64,000 bases of DNA, from NCBI GenBank assembly GCA_963805715.1, contig CAWDVK010000013.1:80352-144351 (forward strand), read 5' to 3'. The translations under genes and the position numbers were made by a program. Within the stretch, counting starts at the first letter, position 1. Each line of letters opens with the position of its first letter. The notes beneath the pieces are model-generated. The model made no database searches, was not told where the DNA came from, and worked only from the letters and a program-made list of their open reading frames with translations. This document shows, piece after piece, positions 50,707 to 60,799 of the stretch. Origin of the DNA: an uncultured Actinomycetota bacterium (GTDB lineage Bacteria; Actinomycetota; Actinomycetes; Streptosporangiales; Streptosporangiaceae).

Positions 50707-51740
50707 ATGCCGCAGAACTTCGTTTATCCGCAGCGTGATCAGCCATTGCTGATGCCGGCGGGCATGCGCGAATGGCTGCCCGAGGACGATCTGGTGTTCG
50801 TGGTGCTGGACGCGGTGGCCACCCTTGATCTGGGCGAGTTCCGCCGGCGGTACCGGGCCGATGGGCACGGTCGCGCGGCGTCCGGCCCCGGAGATGATGG
50901 TCGCGCTGCTGCTGTACGGGTACTGCCAGGGCGAGCGGTCCAGCCGGGTGACCGGGAAGCGGTGCGTGCGGGACGTCGGCTACCGGGTGGTCACCGGCGG
51001 GCTGCAGCCCGATCACGCGACCATCGCCCGGTTCCGGGCAAGGCATGAGAACGCGCTGGGCGGGCTGTTCAGCCGGGTGCTGCGGCTGCTGGCCGCCGAG
51101 GGCATGGTGTCGCTGGGCACCCTCAGCCTGGATGGCACCAAGCTGGCCGGCAACTCCGCGTCTAAGGCGAACCGGACGCTGCCGCAGATCGGGAAGCTGC
51201 TGGCCGAGGCAGCCGCGGTCGACGCCGCCGAAGACGCCCAGGACGACAGCAACGCGCAGCCGGCGACGCCGCGGGCGCTGGCCCGCCGGGCCGAACGGCG
51301 CCAGCGGCTGGCCGCAGCCCGGGACCGGCTGGCGGCCGAGGACCAGGCCCGCCGCGACGCGCAGCGGGCCAGGCAGGAAGCCCGGGACGCCGCCGCCGCT
51401 GCCGGGAAACGGCGCGGGGGCCGGAGGCCTGCCGCCGAGCCGCCGCGCGCCAACCGGGCCGGCACCGAGCCGCGGGCGAATACCACCGACCCTGACGTGC
51501 GGGTGATGCGTAACCAGAAAGGCTACGTCGCCGGGTACAACGGCCAGCTTGTTGTCACCATGCAGCAGGTCATCGTCGGCGTGATGCTGTCCCGGCATCC
51601 CGTCGACCGCACCCTCCTGCACCCGCTGCCGGACACCTGCCGCCAGCAGCTGATCCAGGCCGGAATCCGCCCGCGGCTGCGTACCGTGCTCGCCGACTCC
51701 GGCTACGTCAGCGAGGACAACTTCGCCCGCGCCACTGCCG
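50707..51740 (+). mobile_element. IS1182-like transposase remnant (frameshifted, C-terminus truncated)
   Basis: N-terminus REWLPEDDLVFVVLDAVATLDL, then (after a frameshift) PEMMVALLLYGYCQGERSSR and DSGYVSEDN. The gene ends abruptly where the PelF-like N-terminal fragment begins. Confidence 0.65.
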
Positions 51741-52070
51741 GTACAGCTGCCAGACGGGTCCCGTGTCGCCGGCCGTCAGGGCATCGAGTGCCGCGAAGAC
51801 CTCGTCCGACAACTGCCTGCGCCCGGCCGGGCCGAGCGCGAGAGAGGACGCGGACGCGAGCTTGAAGTCGTCGACATGGTCATTCATGCTCAGGAACACC
51901 GGATAGACCCACCGGACGTTGGGCGGCACCTCATAGACGTGCTCTGTCGAGCAGTTGCTGTCCCAGGCGATATGGATGATCCCGATCGAGCGGTCGGGGT
52001 TGGCCCGGACGATGTCATGGATCACGGCCGATACTCCGCCGCGAAGGTACGGGTACGTGGACTCGGCCAC
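51740..52070 (-). pseudogene. DUF3492 (PelF-type GT4 N-terminal domain) fragment
   Basis: MAESTYPYLRGGVSAVIHDIVRA matches the PelF/DUF3492 signature (xYPYvxGGVSsW). Only about 110 aa are present. Confidence 0.5.
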
Positions 52071-52596
52071 GATGGCCAGGTCAACGTCCTCATAGCGGCG
52101 CGCCGGGCTGCGGCGCCGGGAGAGCGGGCGAGATATCGACCTCGTGCTCGGCAGAGCCCTATTACGCGAGTCTGTACCAGTACATACACCACGTAGATCC
52201 CGCGGCCTTCGTCGTGGCGAATCCGGGAACTGCCGTTAATGCCTGCTTCCTCAGCCCTGGCAGCATGGTGGCCAACATCTTCGTGACATTTGAGCATGAT
52301 GCGGCAACCTATATCTCGCAGTATCAGGGAAATGTCATAGAGGCGAACGGGCAGTTTTCTGCGGGCACTCAGTACCGGGGCACTGTCTTCTGATCGGGTT
52401 TACGGTGCCAGCAGCGCTCAGATGCCTCAGATCATCGCCCTGGCCGCAGTGCGGCATGCTGGATACGCCTACGTGACCGACGGCACCCTGCCCAATCCGT
52501 GGGATTCAGTGGCCAGCTACATTGCCGCCGAGGCGCGCCTGATGGCGACTGCGCCGCCGAGTGCTCACGGCAGCGGGCGAGGAGTCACCGCGCCGG

Positions 52597-53468
52597 CTAG
52601 CCGCGGAACGAATAGCTCGGCTGCCCGGCTACTCCTGGTTCCAGAACGAAAAGTCCCCCGCCGGCCTCGGCGCCGGGGCCGGCCGCCGTCGTCACGTAGA
52701 GAAGCTCCAGGCCGGCACCGCCGAACGCGCAGCTAGTGACGTTGGCGTGCGGGAACGGCACCTCCCGGGTCAGCGTGCCGTCGGGTGCGTAGCGGCGCAG
52801 CGCGCCGCCTCCCCACAGCGCGACCCACACGCCGCCCTCGGCGTCCACCGTCAGCCCGTCCGGCAGTACCCCGTCCTGGCCGACGCGGGCGAACGGGCGG
52901 CGCCTCCTGATCGCGCCGGAAGCCGCATCATAATCGAGCACGTCCACCTGGTAGTCGAGCGAGTCCACGTAGTACATGAGCCGCTCGTCCGGGCTCCAGC
53001 CGATGCCGTTGGAGATGCCGATGCCGGTCAGCAGCCTGGTCATCGTCAGGTCGGGATCCAGCCGGTAGAGGGCCCCGGCCCCCGGCCGCTCATCCGCCGC
53101 CATGGTGCCCGCGTAGTACCGGCCGGCCCGGTCGCATGCGCCGTCGTTCATCCGGTTGCCCGGAAGGTCGGCCTCGACGCTGGCCAGCAGCGTGGCTGCG
53201 CCGGAGTCCAGGTCCAGCGCGAGGAATCCGTCCCGCGCCGCCAGCACCAGGCCGCCCGCCGCCCGTGTCATCACCGCCCCGACCGGCTGGCCGACGTCCC
53301 AGCGGGCCAGGTCGCCGGCGGCGTCGATCCGGTAGACCAGCCCGGCCGGCACGTCGATCCAGAACAGCGACTGGCTGCCGGCGTCCCAGCACGGCCCCTC
53401 GCCGAGCTCGGCCGGGGGGACCGGCAGCGCGACTGCGTGCCCGGCTGCGCGGCCGGCCGCGGCGGTCA
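52597..53468 (-). CDS. SMP-30/gluconolactonase/LRE-like (SGL) family protein
   Basis: Six-bladed propeller motifs (GEGPCWD, NDGACDRAGRYYAGT, SNGIGWSPD). Confidence 0.7.
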
Positions 53469-53473
53469 CCTGC

Positions 53474-54835
53474 TCACAGTCCCGCGAAGGCATCTTCGAG
53501 AATCGACAGGCCCTCGTTGAGCAGGTCGTTGCCGATGACCAGCGGCGGCAGGAAGCGCAGCACGTTGCTGTAGGTCCCGCAGGTCAGCACGAGCAGGCCG
53601 GCGGCGTGGCAGGCCCTGGCCACCTTCGCCGCGGCCGCCGGGTCGGGCTCGATCGTGCCCGGCCTGACCAGCTCTATCGCGATCATCGCGCCGCGGCCGC
53701 GCACGTCCCCGATGGCCGGCTGCGATTCGGCGAGCTTGCGCAGCCGCGGCAGCATGACATCACCGATGTGCCGGGCAGCGGCCGGGAGATCCTCCTTGGC
53801 CATCGTCTCGATCGCGCCCAGCGCGGCCGCGCAGGCGACCGGATTGCCGCCGAACGTCCCGCCCAGGCCGCCCGGATGGACCGCGTCCATCATCTCGGCC
53901 CGTCCGGTGACCCCGGCCAGCGGCAGCCCTCCGGCGATCCCCTTGGCCGTGGTGATCAGGTCCGGCACCACGCACTCGTGGTCCACGGCGAACCAGTCGC
54001 CGGTGCGGCAGAAGCCCGACTGGATCTCGTCGGCGACGAAGACGATGCCGTTCGACCGGCAGAACTCCGCCAGCCCGGGCAGGAAGCCGTCCGGCGGCAC
54101 GATGAAGCCGCCCTCGCCCAGCACCGGCTCGATGACGATGGCCGCGACGTTCTCCTCGCCGACCTGGGTGTGGATCAGTCCCTTGACCACCTCCAGCGCC
54201 TCCGCCTTGCAGGCCGCCGGGCCGCCCGGCCAGCGGAACGGGTACGCCATCGGCACCCGGTACACGTCGCTGGCGAACGGCCCGAAGCCGTTCTTGTAGG
54301 GCATGTTCTTGGCCGTCATGGCCATCGTCAGATTCGTGCGGCCGTGGTAGGCGTGGTCGAAGACCACCACCGCCTGCCGCCCGGTCGCGTGCCGCGCGAT
54401 CTTGACGGCGTTCTCCACCGCCTCAGCGCCGGAGTTGAACAGGGCGGACCGCTTCTCGTGATCGCCCGGCGTCAGCCGGTTCAGCTCCTCGCACACCTCG
54501 ACGTAGCCCTGGTAGGGGGCCACCATGAAGCAGGTATGGGTGAATTGCGCCACCTGCTCGGTCACCCGGCTGGACACCAGGTCGGCACTGTTGCCGACCG
54601 AGGTGACCGCGATCCCGGAACCGAAGTCGATCAGCGAGTTACCGTCGGCGTCCACCACCACGCCGCCCCCGGCAGCGGTCACGAAGACCGGGAGCACGTG
54701 GCTGAGCCCTCGCGCGACGCTGCGCTGCCGCCGCTCGAGCAGCTCGCGAGACGCGGGACCGGGGATCTCGGTGACCAGCCTGCGCTGCTGCGCCAGGCCA
54801 GGGCCGCCCAGCGGCGGAGTGGGATTCATGCTCAT
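53474..54835 (-). CDS. gabT: 4-aminobutyrate aminotransferase
   Basis: GabT-typical motifs (FVTAAGGGVVVDADGN, DEIQSGFCRTG, TTAKGIAGGLP). Internal start MSMNPTP. Confidence 0.85.
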   Translation of the reverse strand: MSMNPTPPLGGPGLAQQRRLVTEIPGPASRELLERRQRSVARGLSHVLPVFVTAAGGGVVVDADGNSLIDFGSGIAVTSVGNSADLVSSRVTEQVAQFTHTCFMVAPYQGYVEVCEELNRLTPGDHEKRSALFNSGAEAVENAVKIARHATGRQAVVVFDHAYHGRTNLTMAMTAKNMPYKNGFGPFASDVYRVPMAYPFRWPGGPAACKAEALEVVKGLIHTQVGEENVAAIVIEPVLGEGGFIVPPDGFLPGLAEFCRSNGIVFVADEIQSGFCRTGDWFAVDHECVVPDLITTAKGIAGGLPLAGVTGRAEMMDAVHPGGLGGTFGGNPVACAAALGAIETMAKEDLPAAARHIGDVMLPRLRKLAESQPAIGDVRGRGAMIAIELVRPGTIEPDPAAAAKVARACHAAGLLVLTCGTYSNVLRFLPPLVIGNDLLNEGLSILEDAFAGL

Positions 54836-54878
54836 ACTGCCGACAATAACGCGCCGGGCGACCCCGGCGCGCGGGTGG

Positions 54879-55856
54879 TCACGGCCGGAACCAGGCCTGG
54901 TTCTGGGCCAGCTCACACGGTGCGTCATCGAGCACGAGGCCGGGCACCGTCGACGATCCGGGAATGCTCAGGCACAGGCCAGATCCGGCGTTGCGGAGGG
55001 TGTCGCCGGAGCGCAGCTCCCAGCCCTGCAGCGTGCTCAGGTCGCACGTGCGGACCTCGAGAGGCGCCGAGACGTGCATCGCGGTCGCCGACAGGCACAG
55101 GCCGCTCTCGGTGCGCAGCGTGCTGCCGCGGACCGTCCACATCTGGTTCGCGGCACCGGTGCCGCAGTTCTCGAGCTTCACCAGCGCGCCCCGCTGGTCA
55201 CTCTGGTAGGCCAGGCAGGAGCCGATCAGGGCGCTGGTGACGGTGCCCTGACGCAGCGCGTTGACGGCCTGCTGAGCCGGCCACAGATAGCTGGCGTAGT
55301 TATCCGACCGGTACCGGGGCCACCAGTCGAAGTAGGTGCCGTAGAGCGAGAAGGCGGTGTAGGCAACGTCGGCCGAGCACTGGCCACGGTAGGCGCACGA
55401 GTCGGAGACGGCCGAGCTGCCCTTGTTGCCGAGCTGCCAGGCACCGCGGTCCACCAGATCGCCGGCATCCTCCGTGCTCTGCGTGCATGACCGCCCGGTC
55501 GTGCCGTCCCAGCACGCCGCCTGATCGCAGCCCGACTCAGCCAGCGCCACGGCCACGGCCGTAGTCAGGCTGCCGCCGAGGTAGCCGTTATTGGCGAAGC
55601 CCGCATTGCTGGCCCAGCTCGCGCAGCTGGCGGCAGCCTCAGCCAGGCTGGCGGGGGACATCCTGACGTGCCCGGCGGCCGGCCGGGACGTCGCAGCCCG
55701 CCGGGCAGCGAGCCCGCCCGCGGCGCCCGCCGGGTGAACGGCGTCAGCCGGGTGAACGGCGTCAGCCGGGTGAGCCGCGACCGCGTGCGCCGCGGGCTTT
55801 CCCGCTGCCAGCGCGCCTGGCGCCCCGACGCCAACGAGAATGGCCGAGCCCGCCAT
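54879..55856 (-). CDS. Secreted lysozyme/transglycosylase-like domain protein with C-terminal ricin-B lectin domain
   Basis: Signal peptide (MAGSAILVGVGAPGALAA), HPADAV x3 peptide repeats, a Cys-rich lysozyme-like core and a QxW beta-trefoil (NQMW, LQGW, NQAW). Confidence 0.55.
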   Translation of the reverse strand: MAGSAILVGVGAPGALAAGKPAAHAVAAHPADAVHPADAVHPAGAAGGLAARRAATSRPAAGHVRMSPASLAEAAASCASWASNAGFANNGYLGGSLTTAVAVALAESGCDQAACWDGTTGRSCTQSTEDAGDLVDRGAWQLGNKGSSAVSDSCAYRGQCSADVAYTAFSLYGTYFDWWPRYRSDNYASYLWPAQQAVNALRQGTVTSALIGSCLAYQSDQRGALVKLENCGTGAANQMWTVRGSTLRTESGLCLSATAMHVSAPLEVRTCDLSTLQGWELRSGDTLRNAGSGLCLSIPGSSTVPGLVLDDAPCELAQNQAWFRP

Positions 55857-56506
55857 GACGGCGGCGAAAACTGTGCGGCGGATCACTTGGTGTGCCTGCC
55901 CCTTCTGGCCTGGACCGGCAGCGATGGCGATGGCACTGCTGCCACCGGGCACCCCCGCCGGGCCGCGAGTAGACGGTCCTGAGTAGACATCCGCATCCGG
56001 GCCGCGAGTGTGACAGCCGGCGCCGATTCCCGGTCGCCATGACGGGGCTTATCCTTCGAAACGGGCACAGGCCGCCGGCTCCCGGCGCCTGCACCAGAGG
56101 GAAGGAGCAGGCCCGTGCGCACGGCTGTCGCGATCGTCGGCGCGGGCCCGGCTGGCCTGCTGCTGTCCCAGGGCGATTACCGTCTACGGCCAGCAGGAAG
56201 TGGTCGGGATGACGACGCTGCTGCACTCGTTCCCCGGCGCTGATGCCTACGATCGCCGCCTGCAGCAGTCCTACCTGGATTACGTGTGCGGCTCCGATGC
56301 CGCCTCGGCCAGCCTGGCAGAGAACTACGTCGGGCTGGGCTCCGGCCGGGCCCGGCCGGTCAGCGGGGGCGCCGCGGCGCAGCGGCCCCGCGCTGACGCG
56401 CCCGATAGCCTGGGTGCCCGGCCGGGCCGGTGACCAGGCCGGCCGGTGATGAACCAGTGACCCGGCCGCCGGCGGGCGGCCGCGCGCGTCGGGAGATCAT
56501 GGACGG

Positions 56507-57937
56507 GTGACCAGTTCTGACCGGGACGGCCTGTTCTCGGCCCTCTTCGGCCGGGGCGCGGCGGGGCCGGACGACGCGGCGTGGCTGCAGGCCATGCTGG
56601 ACGCCGAGGCGGGGCTGGCCCGCGCCCTGGAGCGGGCCGGCCTGGCCGCGGGCGGCTCCGGCGAGGCGGTCACGGCAGCGGCGAGAGCGGGAGACTTCGA
56701 CGGCGCCGAGATCGGCCGCCAGGCGGCCCGCACCGGCAATCCGGTCCCCGCGCTGGTCCGCGCGCTCACGGCCAGGGTGCCCGAGCCCGCTCGGGCGGCC
56801 GTGCACCAGGGAGCCACCAGCCAGGACATCCTGGACACCGCGATGATGCTGCTCGGCCGCCGGGGCCTGGACGAGATCGGGACCAGCCTCGCCGCCGCCG
56901 CCGCTGCCGCGGCCGGGCTGGCCGAGGCGCACGCGGGCACGATCATGGCCGGCCGGACGCTGCTGCAGCAGGCGGTGCCGGTGACCTTCGGGCTGGTCGC
57001 GGCTGGCTGGCTGACCGCGCTGGACGAGTCACGCCAGCAGCTGGACTGGATCCGGCGGGAGCGGCTGGCCGCCCAGCTCGGCGGAGCCGCCGGGACGCTC
57101 GCCTCGCTCGGCGACGCCGGGCCCGCCGTCGCCGCGCTGTTCGCCGCCGAGCTGGGGCTGGCCCGGCCGGCGCTGCCCTGGCACACGAGCCGGCTCCGGA
57201 TCGCCGACCTGGCCGCCGGGCTCGCCGGCGCGTGCGCGGCAGCCGGCAAGATCGCGAGGGATATCACCCTGCTGGCCCAGTCCGAGGTGGGCGAGGTGCG
57301 CGAGGGCAGTGCCGTGGCGGAGGGGAACCGGCGCGATCAGGCCGGGGGCGATCAGGCCGGGGGGTCATCGGCCATGCCGCACAAGCGCAACCCGGTCGCG
57401 GCCGTCGTCATCCTGGGCTGCACCCGGCGGGCGCCGGGGCTGGCCGCCACCCTGCTCGCGGCGGGAGAGCAGGAGCTGCAGCGCGCGGCGGGCGGGTGGC
57501 ACGCTGAGTGGGAGCCGCTGGCGGAACTGCTGCGGCTGACCGGCTCGGCCGCCGCCTGGTCGGCCGACCTGCTGGCCGGGCTGCAGGTCGACCCGGACCG
57601 GATGCGCGCCAGCCTGGACGCGGCCGGCGGGATGCCGATGGCCGAGCGGGTCGCCGGCCTGCTCGCGCCAGCCATCGGCCGGCTGGCGGCGCACGACCTG
57701 GTAGCCGAGGCGAGCCGCGAGGCCGCCGGGAGCGGCCGGCCGCTCGGCGCGGTGCTGGCGGAAACGCCCCGGTTCGCCAGCCAGCTGGAGAAGGCCCGGA
57801 TCGGCCGGCCGGAACTGGCCGCGGCCCTGGACCCGGCTTCCTACCTGGGCGGCACCGGCCAGTTCATCGCGGCCGCGCTGGCCGCTCACCGCGAGTGCGA
57901 GGACCGGCTCGCCAGGCACCGACGGGAGAGCCAATGA
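56507..57937 (+). CDS. pcaB: 3-carboxy-cis,cis-muconate cycloisomerase
   Basis: Fumarase/aspartase superfamily signature GSSAMPHKRNP. GTG start. Confidence 0.85.
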   Translation: MTSSDRDGLFSALFGRGAAGPDDAAWLQAMLDAEAGLARALERAGLAAGGSGEAVTAAARAGDFDGAEIGRQAARTGNPVPALVRALTARVPEPARAAVHQGATSQDILDTAMMLLGRRGLDEIGTSLAAAAAAAAGLAEAHAGTIMAGRTLLQQAVPVTFGLVAAGWLTALDESRQQLDWIRRERLAAQLGGAAGTLASLGDAGPAVAALFAAELGLARPALPWHTSRLRIADLAAGLAGACAAAGKIARDITLLAQSEVGEVREGSAVAEGNRRDQAGGDQAGGSSAMPHKRNPVAAVVILGCTRRAPGLAATLLAAGEQELQRAAGGWHAEWEPLAELLRLTGSAAAWSADLLAGLQVDPDRMRASLDAAGGMPMAERVAGLLAPAIGRLAAHDLVAEASREAAGSGRPLGAVLAETPRFASQLEKARIGRPELAAALDPASYLGGTGQFIAAALAAHRECEDRLARHRRESQ

Positions 57938-58347
57938 CCGACGAAGACCGGCGCATCCAGGGCATGCGGATCCGGCGGGAGATCCTGGGCGACGAGCATG
58001 TCGATCGCGCCGTCGCGAGGACCACCGGATTCAGCGCCCCGTTCCAGGACATGCTCACCCGCTACGCCTGGGGCGAGGTGTGGTCCCGGCCGGGCCTCAG
58101 CCGGGCCGAGCGCAGCATCATCACCCTCACCGCGCTCGCCGTGCTGCGCCAGGAGGAGGAACTCGGCATGCATGTCCGGGCCGCCATCAGCAACGGGCTG
58201 ACCGAGGCGCAGATCACCGAGGTCCTGCTCCAGGTAGCGGTCTACGCCGGGGTGCCGGCCGCCAACCGGGCTTTCGCCGTGGCGCAGAGCGTCCTGGCCG
58301 ACCTGGCCGGCGGTCCCGCGGCCGGCCCGGCGGACGCGGCGCCGTAG
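57934..58347 (+). CDS. pcaC: 4-carboxymuconolactone decarboxylase
   Basis: CMD family (RREILGDEHVDRAV...VLLQVAVYAGVPAANRAF). ATGA overlap with pcaB. Confidence 0.8.
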   Translation: MTDEDRRIQGMRIRREILGDEHVDRAVARTTGFSAPFQDMLTRYAWGEVWSRPGLSRAERSIITLTALAVLRQEEELGMHVRAAISNGLTEAQITEVLLQVAVYAGVPAANRAFAVAQSVLADLAGGPAAGPADAAP

Positions 58348-58419
58348 TCCGCACAACTGTGCACTATGCGCCATTCCCGATATCGTTTGGGCCAGAGCCG
58401 GTGAGGAGGCGGGTACCGC

Positions 58420-59256
58420 GTGGCAGAGATCGTGCCCTTGTCCGCGGCCGTGCAGAGCGCGATCCATGATGGCGACACCGTCGCGATGGAGGGCTTTACC
58501 CACCTGATCCCGCACGCCGCCGGGCACGAGGTGATCAGGCAGCGGCGCCGCGATCTCACCCTGGTGCGGATGACTCCGGACGTGATCTATGACCAGCTGA
58601 TCGGAGCCGGCTGCGCGCGCAAGCTCGTGTTCTCCTGGGGCGGCAATCCCGGCGTGGGCTCGCTGCACCGGTTCCGCGACGCCATCGAGAATTCCTGGCC
58701 GGTCCCGCTGGAGGTGGAAGAGCACAGTCACGCCGGCATGGCCAACCGGTACGTCGCCGGCGCGTCCGGGCTGCCGTTCGCCGTGCTCCGCGGGTATCGC
58801 GGCACCGGGCTGGCGGCCCTGTCAGCTGGCATCGCGGAGATCACCTGCCCGTTCACCGGCGAGCGGCTGACCGCGGTCGCGGCGCTGCGGCCTGACGTGA
58901 CGGTCATCCACGCCCAGCAGGCGGACCAGGCAGGCAACGTCCAGCTGTGGGGCATCACCGGCGTTCAGAAGGAAGCCGTCCTCGCTGCGAGCCGGTCGAT
59001 CGTGACCGTCGAGGAGATCGTGCCCGCCCTGCGACCGCGGCCGGGCGCGGTCGTGCTGCCCGCCTGGACGGTGAGCTACGTCGCGCTGGTGCCCGGCGGC
59101 GCCCATCCGTCCTATGCGCTGGGCTACTCGTCCAGGGACAACGACTTCTACCTGGCCTGGGACGCGATCAGCCGGGACCGGGATGCCTTCCGCGGCTGGC
59201 TGGACGAGCACGTCTACGGGCCTGGCCGAGCCGCGGCCAGCGAGGTGCCGGCATGA
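58420..59256 (+). CDS. pcaI: 3-oxoadipate CoA-transferase subunit A
   Basis: Glutaconate CoA-transferase subunit A family, within a pca operon. Confidence 0.75.
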   Translation: MAEIVPLSAAVQSAIHDGDTVAMEGFTHLIPHAAGHEVIRQRRRDLTLVRMTPDVIYDQLIGAGCARKLVFSWGGNPGVGSLHRFRDAIENSWPVPLEVEEHSHAGMANRYVAGASGLPFAVLRGYRGTGLAALSAGIAEITCPFTGERLTAVAALRPDVTVIHAQQADQAGNVQLWGITGVQKEAVLAASRSIVTVEEIVPALRPRPGAVVLPAWTVSYVALVPGGAHPSYALGYSSRDNDFYLAWDAISRDRDAFRGWLDEHVYGPGRAAASEVPA

Positions 59257-60059
59257 CGAGCGCGGACGGCGGCTACTCGTCCGACGAGATCATGACGGTG
59301 ACCGCGGCCCGGGTGCTCCGGGACGGGATGACCTGCTTCGTCGGCATCGGGCTGCCCAGCGAGGCCGCCAACCTCGCCCGCGCCACCCACGCCGCCGGCC
59401 TGGTCATGATCTACGAGTCGGGCACCATCGGCGCCAAGCCCGGCTGGCTGCCGCTGTCCATCGGCGACGGCGTGCTGGCCGAGACGGCCGACGCCGTGGT
59501 CAGCGTCCCGGAGATCTTCAATTACTGGCTGCAGCCGGGCCGGATCGACGTGGGGTTCCTGAGCGCCGCGCAGATCGACAAGTTCGGCAACATCAACACG
59601 ACGGTGGTCGGGCCGGACTACGCCCGCCCGGCCGTCCGGCTGCCGGGCTCGGGCGGCGCGCCGGAGATAGCGGCGTCCTGCCGCCAGGTCATCGTCATCG
59701 TCCGGCAGAGCACGCGGGCGTTCGTGGACCGGGTGGACTTCGTCACCTCGGTGGGCTTCGGCGACGGGCCGGGCTGCCGGGAGCGCCTCGGGCTGACCGG
59801 CGCCGGGCCGCAGCAGATCATTACCGATCTCGGCGTGCTGGAGCCGGATCCCCGGACTATGGAGTTCGTGCTGACCGGGCTGTACCCGGGCGTCTCGGTC
59901 GCGGACGCGAAGGCCAGGACGGACTGGGACCTGCAGGTCTCGCCCGGCCTGGCCGGGATACCCGGGCCGGCCGCGGCCGAGCTCAGCGCGCTGCGGGCGC
60001 TCAAGGCCGCCGCGCCAGCCGAGGAGACATTTCCGGCCAGTGAAGGAGCCCGCCGATGA
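59253..60059 (+). CDS. pcaJ: 3-oxoadipate CoA-transferase subunit B
   Basis: Subunit B family (MIYESGTIG). ATGA overlap with pcaI. Confidence 0.75.
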   Translation: MTSADGGYSSDEIMTVTAARVLRDGMTCFVGIGLPSEAANLARATHAAGLVMIYESGTIGAKPGWLPLSIGDGVLAETADAVVSVPEIFNYWLQPGRIDVGFLSAAQIDKFGNINTTVVGPDYARPAVRLPGSGGAPEIAASCRQVIVIVRQSTRAFVDRVDFVTSVGFGDGPGCRERLGLTGAGPQQIITDLGVLEPDPRTMEFVLTGLYPGVSVADAKARTDWDLQVSPGLAGIPGPAAAELSALRALKAAAPAEETFPASEGARR

Positions 60060-60799
60060 CGACCGAGATGCCCGCCGCGGCCGGCCCGCTCGCGCTGCCG
60101 TTCTACCCGCGGCCGGATGGCGTGCACCCGCCGCTGGACTCGCCGGAGTACCGGTCGTCCCTGCTGCGCGCGCCGAAGTGGCCGCCTGTGCTGCTGCCGC
60201 AGGGCCTGACCGAGATCACCGGCCCGCTGCTCGGCGCCGAGCGCGTGACCGCCGCCGACGCCGACCTCACCACCAGGCACGCCGGGGAGCCACTGGGGGA
60301 GCGGATCATCGTGACCGGCCGTGTGCTCGACTCCGGCGGCCGCCCGGTGCCCGGCACGCTGATCGAGATCTGGCAGGCCAACGCGTCCGGCCGGTACGCC
60401 CACCCGGTGGATGACCACCCGGCGCCGCTCGACCCGAACTTCGACGGGGCCGGACGGTGCATGACGGACTCCTCCGGCCGCTACCGGTTCATCACGATCA
60501 AGCCGGGCGCCTATCCGTGGAAGAACCACCTGAACGGCTGGCGCCCGGCGCATATTCATTTCTCGCTCTTCGGCCGCGCCTTCACCCAGCGGCTGGTCAC
60601 GCAGATGTACTTCCCCGGCGATCCGCTGTTCCGTCAGGATCCCATCTTCAACTCGATCCCTGACCCGAGAGCGCGCGAGCGGCTGATCGCCCGGTTCGAT
60701 CTGGAGGTGACCCAGCCGGACTGGGCGCTCGGCTACCAGTGGGACATCGTGCTGCGCGGCAGCGAGGCGACGGCGTTCGAGCGGGAGGATGAGCACTAG
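60056..60799 (+). CDS. pcaH: Protocatechuate 3,4-dioxygenase beta subunit
   Basis: Intradiol dioxygenase motifs (RPAHIHFSLFG, GRYRFITIKPGAYPW). Confidence 0.9.
   Translation: MTTEMPAAAGPLALPFYPRPDGVHPPLDSPEYRSSLLRAPKWPPVLLPQGLTEITGPLLGAERVTAADADLTTRHAGEPLGERIIVTGRVLDSGGRPVPGTLIEIWQANASGRYAHPVDDHPAPLDPNFDGAGRCMTDSSGRYRFITIKPGAYPWKNHLNGWRPAHIHFSLFGRAFTQRLVTQMYFPGDPLFRQDPIFNSIPDPRARERLIARFDLEVTQPDWALGYQWDIVLRGSEATAFEREDEH

Noticed and set aside
50615-51622. 335-aa ORF on the minus strand
   Set aside because: Antisense to the IS1182-like transposase remnant. Arg/Pro-rich.
56200-56433. 77-aa ORF upstream of pcaB as a possible pca regulator
   Set aside because: Too short and compositionally biased, with no HTH. 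This is probably the pcaB promoter region.
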